A DNA stretch of 64,000 bases, taken from assembly GCF_032444005.1 (NCBI RefSeq), contig NC_091282.1:1203234001-1203298000 (forward strand). The letters run 5' to 3'. Positions 12,568-25,033 of this stretch are shown here, piece after piece (position 1 is the first letter of the stretch; each line of letters opens with the position of its first letter). This DNA is from Ranitomeya imitator (taxonomy: Eukaryota). A program made the position numbers and the translations under genes. The notes below the pieces were generated by a model. The model was not told the origin of the DNA. It did no database searches and was given only the letters and a program-made list of their open reading frames with translations.

Positions 12568-14673
12568 CCATACTGGAGGAGTTGGAACGGGAAAGTGCTC
12601 CCACTACTTCAGGTACATTCCCCACCTCTGTCGTCCCCAGATCCACCGCTTTCCCCCCCTTGTCATTGTACCCACAAGTTGAAATTTTCAACAAACTGGT
12701 TTTGGAAGATTTTAGAACTATCTCCGAAAAAAAGAAGGGAGATAATCTCACTTGGGTGCAACGTTAGGCCCTTAGGGAATTAAAAGCTATGAGGGACATT
12801 GTGATTAAATCAGCAGACAAGGGGGGGAATGTGGTGCTGTGGCCGACAGATGTACGAGAGGGAATCGTTCCGACAATTGAAGGATAAGGAAGCGTATAGT
12901 ATGCTACCTCAGAATCCTACTGTGAAATACACAGCAATTTTGGAGGAAATCTTGGATAGGGCTTTTACGCAGGGTATCATCCCTAAGAAAATCCGTGATG
13001 GTTTAAGCACAAGGAATCCGGTGGTCCCTACCTTCTATCTGTTGCCCAAGATCCACAAGGATCCTTTAGTTCCCCCGGGTCGTCCCATTGTCTCTGGCAT
13101 TGGAGGGCTGTGTGATGCGACTTGCAAATTTATTGAATATTATCTTCACCCACTTGTGGAGACCCTACCCTCCTATGTCAGAGACACAACGGACATCCTG
13201 GGGAAAATAAATGGCCTCTCCCTCGAACCAGATATGCTGATGGCGGCGATCGATGTGGAATCGCTTTACACAAGCATAGGACAAGTTGATGGCCTGAGGG
13301 CCGTATCTTTCTTTCTGCACAATAGCAATTTGGATGTTGATCTGTGTTCCCTGGTCCTGGAGCTCCTGGAATTTATACTGACACACAATTATTTTACTTT
13401 TAAAGATCGTTTTTTTCTTCAACAGCGTGGCACTGCGATGGGCGCGGCCTGTGCGCCCTCGTACGCTAATCTCTTTTGGGAGAGGGAGATTTTCGGGGAG
13501 GGCGTGCGGGCCGCCTCCCATGCGCAGTGCTGGTATCGTTACATAGACGATATTTTCGTCGTGTGGCAGGGTACCGAGCCTGGTTTTCGAAACTTCATCC
13601 AGGAGCTGAATTCAAATCCCTACAACATCAAATTAACGTATAAAATCAATGCCGAAGAGATTGACTTTTTAGATATAAAAATTCTGGTGGACAGTATGGG
13701 CAATATCCAGAGTGATGTTTTCCGTAAGGCGACTTCGGTAAACTCACTCTTACATGCCACCTCTGCACACCTGTCCTCAACTATAAAAGCAGTCCCAATT
13801 GGGCAATTTTTAAGGATGAAAAGAATCTGCTCTTCGGATGTTTTGTTTGAGGACCAGGCTCGGGACCTTTCCAGGAGATTCCGGGACCGGGGATACAGCA
13901 ACAGGAGCATCAAAAATGGATACTCCCGTGCAAAAAGGGAACGTGATGGGCTACTGTGCAGAGTTCCATTTAGGCCTAGGAAGGATCCGCCCTTAAGGTT
14001 TATATCAATGTATAATAACCAGTGGGATACTATGAGACAAGTGCTGCAGAAGCACTGGGCAGTGCTTAGAACAGATCCCAGCCTAAAGCGTATTATTCCG
14101 AATCGACCGTTGCTGACGGCTAGACGAGGGAGAAATCTTAAAGATATACTTGTGAGGAGCCATTATGTAGCCACCCCCCCAAATATTTTTGGGACATCTA
14201 AACAGAGATGGGGTTGTTATCCTTGTGGATCTTGTTTGGCTTGCCGTAATATCGATCGGGCCACATCTTTCACTTCAGCAGATGGGGGTAGGGACTACTG
14301 GATTGTGAACTACATATCTTGTAGCACCACATATGTGGTTTACTATGTTGTATGTCCCTGTAAGCTCATTTACGTGGGACTTACCTCACGTGAGTTACGG
14401 ATACGGACGAGGGAACATGTGAGGGACATCCAGGCTGCAAAAAATTGCACTGATCCATCTGACCTTAAGACGATCCCTGGACACTTCAGGCTGCGCCACA
14501 ACTGTGACCCCACCGGTTTACGGGTACGGGGCATAGATAGGGTACATTGTGGTACCCGTGGTGGTGATCCTAAACGTGTTCTGTCGCAGCTTGAGTGTCG
14601 ATGGATAGTCTCCTTAGGCACCATGTCTCCCCACAGTCTGAATGAAAAGCTTTCTTTTGCCCCATTTCTTTAA
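12568..14673 (+). pseudogene. Penelope-like RT / GIY-YIG endonuclease ORF (disrupted)
   Basis: IVIKSADKGG, FYLLPKIHK...PGRPIVSG, DVESLYTSI, GTAMGAACAPSYANLF, YRYIDDIF, Zn-knuckle CYPCGSCLAC, YVGLTSRELRIRTREH. Premature TAG at 12765-12767, a frameshift near 12840, and a probable short deletion after YANLF. Confidence 0.9.
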
Positions 14674-15410
14674 TTTCGTTCCAATGATGCCCTCCCTCCT
14701 TCCTGCTTCCTTTCGGTTTTAATATAGTATGTTTTCAGATCATGTGTTTTATTCTTTTATTCTTTTCACTCACAGTGTCCTGTATATTTGGTTGTCCTTG
14801 TCTTTGCCTGTATAAACCCACTACTATAGTTGGCAACTGCCCTATGGATACACTTGGATTCGCCTTGGAGTTGATCCCGGAAAAATGAGGCTGTAATTAC
14901 ATATGGAGGATGCGGGAATAATTACGTTACTAAGCTCTTCACCTATAACAAAGAACTGTTGACAATCAAGCTTCGTTTCAACAATTGATATTCGGCACTC
15001 CTATAACATATAGATTCCTAGTGCATATGTATGTTAATCAGGTTTTTGTACTGTTTGTGTTTTTATTCTTTGGACCCTAGTTATGTATACATACTGTATT
15101 AAGCTATTGCACCATGACTTGATGTCCATCCTCAGCCATGGAAGTATCTTCCCTTTGTTATATTGTGCCACTGAGCGCTCCCAGACACGCATGCGCCGTG
15201 TGATCCCAGACTTGCCTGCGTCTCCAAAGTAATCCTTATGGCTGCGGTCCGGGCCAGTGACGTCACAGGAAGCTTTTCCTTTGACCCGCACCGCAAACCG
15301 GATGTACGGACGCGTCGCATGGCAACTTGGATCCCGCCCTGCATGCTTTCATACGGGCTGGCTCTCAGGGCACACATAAAAGGCTGAGACATGTCTGGTG
15401 TATCCACACG

Positions 15411-15451
15411 GCCCCCCGAAGAAGCCCGCAACGCGAAACGCGCGTCGGGGC
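15411..15451 (+). ncRNA. Minimal type I hammerhead ribozyme motif with variant core
   Basis: GCCCC-CCGAAGA-agcccgcaacgc-GAAA-CGCGCG-TC-GGGGC. Stem I is GCCCC/GGGGC, stem III is the palindrome ACGCGCGT, and the core CUGANGA appears as CCGAAGA. Confidence 0.72.
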
Positions 15452-16030
15452 AGTGCGGACACACGGTGGATAGCGTTATCATCTCCCCACATGGGTAAGC
15501 TATAATTAGAACCGATTGCTGCTATTCTTGCACTTTTTGCACCTTTTTGCACTGGCACCTTTATGTATATAACAGATGGTATGCAACAAGCAGCATTGGC
15601 TTGTTGTCAGCAGGCATCCGGATTGATTTTTTTCGGCCTGTTACACTAGTGTGACCCCTGCCTTTTGGTTCAGTGTGACAGGTTTTTGAGCCTACGCACT
15701 TCAGTGGCTAAGTACTTTCTCAGGCCTGTTTCTATAGGGATGATCCGCTTTGTGTCACCGTGTATTCGGTCTTTTTGCTCTTTCCTATCTGTATACTCGT
15801 CCAATTGTTACTATGTGTACATTAAGTGTTTCTGAGTTTGTAATATATTTAATAAAATGATTTTTTGATTGGATTTTATTCTCTATATGTGGTTATTAGA
15901 TCTCAGATTTTGTATGGGTCTGGTGTTCCCTTTTCTCATGTAGGATTTATGTCGTCTTTGGGACTGACTCTTCTTGCTTTATGCAAGTTTAATAGTTGTA
16001 CGGATATCTAATATGTCGGGTTATGTTAAT

Positions 16031-17290
16031 TACTGAGGCCACTGTGTATGGCAGAGAACGGGCGACTGAGGCCACTGTATGTGAGAGAGAACAGGCGACT
16101 GAAGCCACTGTGTATGGCAGAGAACGGGCGACTGAGGCCACTGTATGTGGGAGAGAACAGGCGACTGAGGCCACTGTATGTGGGAGAGAACGGGCGACCG
16201 AGGCCACTGTATGTGAGAGAACAGGCGACTGAGACCACTGTATGTGGGAGAGAACAGGCTACTGAGGCCACTGTATATGGGAGAGAACGGGCAACTGAGG
16301 CCACTGTGTATGGCAGAGAACGGGCGACTGAGGCCACTGTATGTGAGAGAGAACAGGCGACTGAGGCCACTGTATGTGGGAGAGAACAGGCTACTGAGGC
16401 CACTGTATATGGGAGAGAACGGGCAACTGAGGCCACTGTGTATGGCAGAGAACGGGCGACTGAGGCCACTGTATGTGGGAGAGAACAGGCGACTGAGGCC
16501 ACTGTATGTGGGAGAGAACGGGCGACCGAGGCCACTGTATGTGAGAGAACAGGCGACTGAGACCACTGTATGTGGGAGAGAACAGGCGACTGAGGCCACT
16601 GTATATGGGAGAGAAGGGGCGACTGAGGCCACTGTGTATGGCAGAGAAGGGGCGACCGAGGCCACTGTATAATGGGAGAGAACAGGCGACTGAGACCACT
16701 GTATGTGGGAGAGAACAGGCGACTGAGGCCACTGTATATGGGAGAGAACGGGCGACTGAGGCCACTGTATGTTTGAGAGAACAGGCTACTGAGGCCACTG
16801 TATAATGGGAGAGAACAGGCGACTGAGACCACTGTATGTGGGAGAGAACAGGCGACTGAGGCCACTGTATATGGGAGAGAAGGGGCGACCGAGGCCACTG
16901 TATATGGGAGAGAAGGGGCGACTGAGGCCACTGTATGTGGGAGAGAAGGGACAACTGAGGCCACTGTATATGGGAGAGAAGGGGCGACCGAGGCCACTGT
17001 ATGTGGGAGAGAAGGGGCGACCGAGGCCACTGTATGTGGGAGAGAAGGGGCGACCGAGGCCACTGTATGTGGGAGAGAAGGGGCGACCGAGGCCACTGTA
17101 TGTGGGAGAGAAGGGGCGACCGAGGCCACTGTATGTGGGAGAGAAGGGGCGACCGAGGACACTGTATGTGGGAGAGAAGGGGCGACCGAGGCCACTGTAT
17201 GTGGGAGAGAAGGGGCGACCGAGGCCACTGTATGTGGGTGAGAAGGGGCGACCGAGGACACTGTATAATGGGAGAGAACGGGCGACTGAT
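16031..17290. repeat. Same ~32-35 bp minisatellite, right part
   Basis: Same unit resumes after the Penelope insertion. Confidence 0.97.
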
Positions 17291-18179
17291 GACACTATCT
17301 GCCACTTGCACTCAGCACCTTTCTCTAGCCGTTGACCTAGTAAGATTTCCAGCAGGATGCCTTTGTCTGTATGATGCCAATAGACTAGGGATCCAATAAT
17401 GACTTCATACATATACACCCCAGGACATGTGCATTTCAGTCCTGCCATATGTCCTCAGCTCATAGGAGCCGGCTGCCAACGTTGGGGACGGGTTGTAAAT
17501 GTACAGAGACTTTATTAATGAAAGTGATTAAAAACACTGGACGTCATCGTTTGCTTTTGGCACTTGGTGATGGCTGACGGCTTCACAGCTTTTTATGTAC
17601 ATAATGAAAGGGAAAATGTAGTCGTTATGATCTTCTAATTGTCAGTCATGAGATCAGATCGGCAAAGTCCGTGATCTCAGATAAATCTAGTGATTGGACT
17701 GATCAATGATCTGTGCCGCGTCAAAAGGAGTCTGAGCGCTATGTGGATCACTGGAGATCAGTGGTGATCAGACATCATAAAAATAATGCAGAGGCGGTCA
17801 CACATGCACACTTCTGCTATAGTTACACATGGACTTGGGGTCAACCCCAGTCTGGTCAGCTGTGGGGGTCCCAGTGATCATATCACTAATGGATGGGTGA
17901 TGATTGTTTATGTTGAACCCTTTAAGAATTGGCAGTTCCTTCCCATACAGCTGTCGCCCAAATGTCCAATAGACAGAACATCTGCAAAATTTGCAGCAAC
18001 TGACACACTAACCCATTGCCGTAACGAAAGCATAGCGGCACCATAAAGCCAATTTCCAGTGTACGTCATTAGCGCTCCTCCAGAAGGAAGAAAACTATCT
18101 CACATCTCCTACAATCATAGCCCAAAGTTCTCAGACTGAAATTCTGGTTTTCATACAGTTTGATGCTTCAGTGTTATTC

Positions 18180-19430
18180 AATCTTTAGCCAATTGTTTCT
18201 ATAGCTACTAAAGTAAATTTATCAGCATTTCATAAGCGTTTACGGAGAAATACATCAAGGTTAAGGAAAGACTCAATATTCATAGTGTTGACACTAATTT
18301 TTCAAGACTTCTTCCTGGTCGTGGACTCAAAATGTAAATGTTTTGTTCGAGCCACTGAGTTATCACTTTTGTCTTCTGACACGGTCTCCATCATGCATGA
18401 GAAACCATTGGTCATCACCAAATTGCTCTTAGAGTGTTGGGAGAAGTTGCTCTTGGAGAATGTTTTGATCTCATTCTTTAGTCATGGCCGCGATCTTAGC
18501 CAAAATTGTGATCGAGCCCCCTCCATGGATGAAAAAGCCCCCCACGAATGAATAATCTCAGGAGGCTTGACTGTTGGCAGACACGGGACTCATGGTAGAG
18601 CTCACCTTCTCTTCTCTGGACAATCCTTCTTCCAGATGTCCCAAAAAGTCCAAGGGAGCTTCATCAGAGAAAAGAACTTTAACCCAGTCCTCTGCAGCCC
18701 AATCCATATACTTCCTGCAGAAGGTCAGTTTGTCCTTGATGTTATTCTTGGAGAGAAGTGGATTCTTTGCTGCCTTTCTTAACACCAAGCCAGACTCAAA
18801 CAGCCTTCACCTCACTGTGACACCTGCCTGCTGCCATTCCTGAGCAAGCTCTGCACTGGTGTTAAACAACGCCTGTAGCTGAATCCTCTTTAGGAGATGG
18901 TCCTGTCACTTGCTTGACTTTCTTGGATGCATTGAAGTCTACTTCTCAGAAATAAAACCTTCTTATATGATCTGATAAATGATTGAAATAGGAGCAATCT
19001 TAAAAGCGGCAATGTCCTTTACTGTAAAGCCTTTTTGATGCAAAGCCATCATATGACAGCACGTTTACTTAACCATAAATAACAGAAAAAGACAATGATT
19101 TCAAACACAAGCCCCCTTTTCACAGCAACCAGTCTGCTCTTTTATTTCAATCAGACTGACGGAGTGATATCAGCTGCCTTGTCCCCATTAACACTTCCTC
19201 CTGAGCCAACAATATGATCACTGAAATGATGGAAGCATTGTGGCAGAGCTGAAATTCAGTGGAAATGTTTTTTTGTTATTAGGCTTATGCTCAAGGCAAG
19301 GAATAACTTTATAATTCATCGGATTGCTCTTCATATTCTAGATTTAATGCAAATTGCCACTATAGAAACTTTAGCAGAAAATGTGAAAACTAAAATTTGG
19401 GTCAATCTCAAAACTATAGCTATATCTGGG
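18180..19430 (-). mobile_element. Decayed Tc1-like DNA transposon
   Basis: RKAAKNPLLSKNNIKDKLTFCRKYMDWAAEDWVKVLFSDEAP is the Tc1 transposase region up to the first catalytic Asp. Boundaries approximate. Confidence 0.8.
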
Positions 19431-22341
19431 AGATATGCTAATGACACAACTCTCTTATATTAAACGTCCGGAGCTTGGCACAAATAAATATATACAAGAT
19501 GCTTTCTTCTTCGTGATTAGATCTGGATTTACGAGCGTTCATCCTTTACATCCAACATGTTTCCACGAGCAGCTGTAGCTCAGAACGCAAGAACACGGAG
19601 AATAATATTCTCACACTTTATTATTGTGGTGCACACAAAGATCCAAAACCCTTCCCGACTGTCCGTTATCACGGGATCAATTTAATCCACTCATCAGATA
19701 TTATCTCCGGGCCGCAAGTAAAAGATCAGCAATGTCAAGTACTTGGAGAGGCTTTTGACCTTGCAAGAAACAGAAGGTGAGCACGTGAAATACATTTATT
19801 TTGTAGCTTCGCTCGAGATTTTTTTTTTAGGTAAAACCGTAGCTTAAAAAATAAATAAATGGCAGAACATGCAACATTTCTTTTGTCATTTTATTTAAAG
19901 GAGATTAAAAAGTAAAGTTAATAATTGATAAAAGTTGCTAAAGCACAAAAAGAAATAAAAATTTGAATCAACTCTTTTCAACATGATAAAAAAAAATAAT
20001 ATTTTAAAAAAGCATATTTAGTATTGCTGTGTCCGTAAATGTCCGATCTATGAAAATATATTATTATCCTGTCTGACATATGCCAGGAAAAAAAAAAAAT
20101 GTAAACGCCAGACTTACGGGTTTTTTTTTCAGTGCATTATATGGTAAAATGAAAGGTGTCGTTCAAAGCTACAACAACAAAAAAATAGGCCCTCAAACGG
20201 CGATGTTAATGTAATAATAATAAAAAAAATTGGTGTAAAGTTGGGGTGGGAGGGAGATGCAGCTGCAGATGTTCCTTTAGTGTAAGAGAGGAAAGGGATG
20301 AGCTGGCAGGAGACAGCTGATTGGCTGAGAACACAATAGGAAAAGCCCTCAGCAAGAGAGAGAGAATGGAAAACCACATACGTAATTGCAATATAAGGAA
20401 TTTTACCATGATTTTTTTTTTTAAATTATATATATTTTTAGTGTAGAGGTTCAAGTGATCAGGTGGGTATTAGGTAGCGTTCACACAGGCAATGCGGTTT
20501 GCTTTCATAAAGCTCCAAGGGATCCAAACCCAAAAATGGCCTCTTCTGGGCACATAAGTATCACAGCAAATAAACAGTAGGGGCATATATAAGTGTGAGC
20601 TCACCCGGACAGACAACAGTTCTTTCTCCCAAATCAAACTTTACACACAGGAGAGGTACGGTCCTACCAGTATCGCCTTAAGCCTGAGCTCCAACTCCAA
20701 ACAGAAGTGTTCAACTCCATACACTGCTCAGACTGAACAGGCTGCAGCTGCCACACAGTCCTCTGCGGCTCTAACACACAGACTGCTCAGCTTTCCTAGC
20801 TAGCCCGTGCAGTCTCCACTCAGAGAGAGATCCTGGCTTCTCTCTCCCAGCTATAGCGGACATTTTGGCTGGTCACTCACCAGCTTCAGCACACTTCACT
20901 CTGCTCAACACTGCTGCAGCAAGAAGGAAAGAAGAGGACGTCATCGTATGAAGATTGGAGGCGCTGTAGCCGGCCCGCGACGCACATCAGACGGGACCGC
21001 CCCTGGGTGAGTATAATCTAACCTGTTTTTCTTATCTTTCAGGATACATCAGGGGCTTATCTACAGCATTACAGAATGCTGTAGATAAGCCCCTGATGCC
21101 GGTGGCCTTAGTTTATAGGCCAATTTTGGGGTGACAGATTCCCTTTAAATGAATCAAGTCAACCAAATATTCTGTCCAAAGATAAAAAAAAAACTCGAGC
21201 GCACTCACCGGTATTCAGGCGTCAAACTTTATTCGGACATAACGTAGTGCAGCAGGGAGGGATGTAGATGCAGATGGACGACAGCCGTTTCGTGCACAAG
21301 GCACTTCAACAGGTAGTTAAAGAGGCACTAAGAATTCTATAAGTCAAACTATAACCTATATTAAAAGGGGTTGTCCGCCACTTAGACTGTTTTCATAACC
21401 ATCATGGGTGGACCTGTGAGACCTGCAACCACACGTCAGTCCCAGCAGGAAGAGGAAGCACCTAAACCAGTGGGGAGACCAGAGGAAGATCGGGGGAACG
21501 GTAAGGGAAGTAACATTTTTTATTTTAATGAAAACCTATTTTAGGTGGACAATCCCTTGTAGAAATTCTGAAATAGAATTTGGCTCCTGGCTATTTTATG
21601 GAAAGCTTACATTACATAGACGACAACCCAAATCACAAAATAAAAAGCGGAAAGGGAGGGGCAAAAGGAAAAAAAAATTTAATCTTCCGCCTTTTCTGCC
21701 TTCGATCTCTCAGGCACGGCATTAAGATCCCCACTGTCGACTCGATTTTGCGCAGAGTTTACCGACTTAGCTAGACTCAAAATATTTAGCAAATTTTATT
21801 ACAGGTACGTCGGCGGGGAACTTGCAAAATATGGCAAATGTGCATGTCTTTACACAGGCGAGGTGTGCGGCCGACGCTCTTTTATACAAACCTCCTATAG
21901 AGTGTAATTGTACAGTGCGCGGAAGTGTCAGATGGCTCAGCGTAATGGGATTTAATTAAACAGATTTACTGTAATTCGAGAGCTCCCCGGGAAGCAGTTT
22001 ACAAGAGCGGCGTGTGAGGCTGGATATTTTTCTTCCACGGCAAATAAATATCCTTTTATAAATATTCCTTTGTAGTCCGCATAGCAGCGCTGGGCTTTAA
22101 ACTACAAGGCTACATGACGGAATGAAATAAACCCGCAGTCTCAGAAGATACTTCCCCTACAAAGTATTTGTTTGTCTGCAACCAATCGTGGCGTCCCTAT
22201 CTCTGTAATGACTTCCTCGGCCGGCAGTCGGAGAGATTACCCACAACAATGATCTCTTTATTACTTCATAATGGCTGTTTATTTAGTTTACTGCTGCAGT
22301 TACACGCCAGCACGGAGATTTTCACAGCTGGACAAACTCAC

Positions 22342-22438
22342 CGTACTCGGAGCGAAGGTGGTCCGGAATGCGAGGCTCGTAACCTTCCTTCTCGGGGACT
22401 TCTTCGAAATCGTTGTCCTCTTCTTCACTGTCTGTCAC
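22342..22438 (-). CDS. UVSSA: UVSSA coding exon 7 (acidic [11 protein letters not shown] motif)
   Basis: [32 protein letters not shown](G), matching the recalled conserved [17 protein letters not shown] motif. tcctcag acceptor, gtgagt donor. 97 nt, in phase with the exon ending at 52359. Confidence 0.93.
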
Positions 22439-22849
22439 CTGAGGAGGATATTAAAAAATGAAGGGCGATAAAGCTAATTTTGCCTTTTTTTCCATAACAA
22501 ACCAAGGAAATGCAAAACCCATATGTAAACACAATCGGACCCCACCAGAAGTACCATCAGGCAAGGTAGCAAAATTGAAACAGTAGGATTATGGTCTTCA
22601 CCATAATTACTGAAACCAAACTTATTATGGAGAACAGGGTCAGTATAGATTCAGTTTTTAGTAAGTTTCTCCTAGTGGTGACTGTGGGCAACCAGAATAT
22701 TCCCATAACTTTTATCTAATTAGATGTGCAATTGCTCATCTTCTAACTACTAGAAATAAGAAGACCTACACTCCTGACACTCAGAGAACCTGTATCCTCT
22801 GCTAATGCTATAGAAGGGGTGATAACATAAGGAAAGGTTCAATAGTTCC

Positions 22850-23885
22850 CAACTCCACCTCCTGGGGACATTGGAGGATGTGGTTCCTGAGTTCCCAACC
22901 CCACCCGCTGAGGTTATTGGAGGATGTGGTATCTGAGTTCCCAACCCCACCCCCTGACGTCATTGGAGGATGTGGTTCCTGAGTTCCCAACCCCACGACT
23001 TCATTGGAGGATGTGGATCCTGAGTTCCCAAACCCCACACGCTGAGGTCACTGGAGGATGTGGTTCCTGAGTTCCCAACCCCACCCCTTGAGGTCATTGG
23101 AGGATGTGGTTCCAGAGTTGCCAACCCCAACCCCTGAGGTCACTGGAGGATATGGTTCCTGAATTCCCACCCCCACCCCCTGAGATCATTGGAGGATATG
23201 GTTCCCGAGTTCCTAACCCCACCCCCTTGGGTCATTGAAGGATGTGGTTCCTGAGTTCCCGTTCCCAACCCCCTGGGGTCATTGAAGGATGTGGTTCCTG
23301 AGTTCCCGTTCTCAACCCCCTGGGGTCATTGAAGGATGTGGTTCCGAGTTCCTAACCCCACCCCTTTGGGTCATTGAAGGATGTGGTTCCGAGTTCCTAA
23401 CCCCACCCCTTTGGGTCATTGGAGGATGTGGTTCCTGATTTCCCAACCCCACCCCCTGGGGTCATTGGAGGATGTGGTTCCTGAGTTCCTAACCCCACCC
23501 CTGAGGTTATTGGAGAATGTGGTTCCCGAGTTCCCAACCCCAGTCCCCTGGGGTCAATGGAGGATGTGGTTCCTGAGTTCCCAGCCCCACCCCTGAGGTC
23601 ATTGGAGAATGTGGTTCCCGAGTTCCCAACCCCAGTCCCCTGGGGTCAATGGAGGATGTGGTTCCCGAGTTCCCAACCCCAGTCCCCTGGGGTCAATGGA
23701 GGATGTGGTTCCTGAGTTCCCAACCCCACCCCTGAGGTCATTGGAGAATGTGGTTCCCGAGTTCCCAACCCCAGTCCCCTGGGGTCAATGGAGGATGTGG
23801 TTCCCGAGTTCCCAACCCCAGTCCCCTGGGGTCAATGGAGGATGTGGTTCCTGAGTTCCCAACCCCACCTCCTGGAGTCATTGCA
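22850..23885. repeat. ~41 bp minisatellite (ggaggatgtggttcctgagttcccaaccccacccctgaggtcatt)
   Basis: About 25 tandem units. Confidence 0.95.
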
Positions 23886-24027
23886 GAATGTACTGGGGGA
23901 AGAGAAAAAGTTAACAGTCTGTGATCGGTAACAGGTGAGAACATGAAAAATGTTTCTCTCTCAGTAAAGGTAGTGCAGAGGGAATAAAATAGAGTAACAG
24001 GCTATGATTGGTAAGAGGGATGATAAC

Positions 24028-24066
<39 letters not shown>

Positions 24067-25033
24067 CTGTACTCCCCTGGGCAACAAGACAGAGGAGATA
24101 TCACAGTAACAGGCTATGCTAAGTAAAAAGGGTCGTACAAGAGAAGACAGAAACATGCTATGATTGGTAAGAGGGATGATAATATGGAGAAGGATCCCAT
24201 ACACCCCTCCCCGCCTCCCCAACCACCACCGAGATGATAAAAAGCAATACAGGGAAGAGATCACAATAACAGGCTGTTAGGTTAAAAGCGAAAAAAAAAA
24301 AAAAAAAAAAGAGGTGATAACATGAAAAAAGTTCCTTCATCCATCTGGGCTCAGTGACGGTTGTACAAGTAGTAGTGAAGACAATAACATGCTGTGATTG
24401 GTATGAGGGATGATAACATGAAGAAAGGATCCTGTATCTACGAGGCGACAAGAGCAGAGTTTATAATATTTGGCTATGATAGCTAAAAAAGGTTAGTGGA
24501 GAATGTACAAGAAGAAGAGAAGACCGTTACATGCTGCGATTGGTAAGTGGGATGATAGCATGAAGAAAAGTTCCGGCACAGATAGATGCAATAGAAATAA
24601 AAACACTGCTTGCATCATCAGATGTCCGTTTACAGTTATGAATTTCCTACAGAAGTCAAAGAATATTTAAAGTATTACGCAAAAAAAAGGAAAAAAAAAC
24701 AAAAAACAAAAAAAACACACACACACACACAAAGAAGCCCTGTATTCAGTGGGTCGAGATAAAAAAAATAAATAAAAAACAATAAAAACAAATCCAATAT
24801 GGAATAACCACCCAGTACCCATTTACCCGCCAGGCTCACTTCACCCTACATACGAAAAATAGCCAAAGACCAAAAAGACTCCTAGCCATCCATGGACGGG
24901 GAAATTGTACATTTTATTGTAAATTTATGGTAAATCAAGATCTTTGAAGAAGTCCTGTCGAATTTACACAAGGACATTAGAGCAGAGCTGTGAAATCTAG
25001 TCATCACCTTGACCTCTCTAAAATATTCCTTAA

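Larger units (their letters stand above)
12568..16030 (+). mobile_element. Penelope-like retroelement, 5'-truncated, with downstream pLTR-like region
   Basis: RT plus GIY-YIG ORF, followed by ~1.3 kb of non-coding sequence containing a hammerhead motif. Both boundaries abut the same minisatellite. Confidence 0.9.

Noticed and set aside
8282-12751. Very long ORFs (up to 1360 aa)
   Set aside because: They are translations of a stop-poor minisatellite in several frames, with periodic sequence and no domain.
19700-19780. Strong acceptor (ttctgtttcttgcaag, minus strand) as a candidate next UVSSA exon
   Set aside because: The required phase hits TAA within about 20 codons and shows no resemblance to UVSSA.
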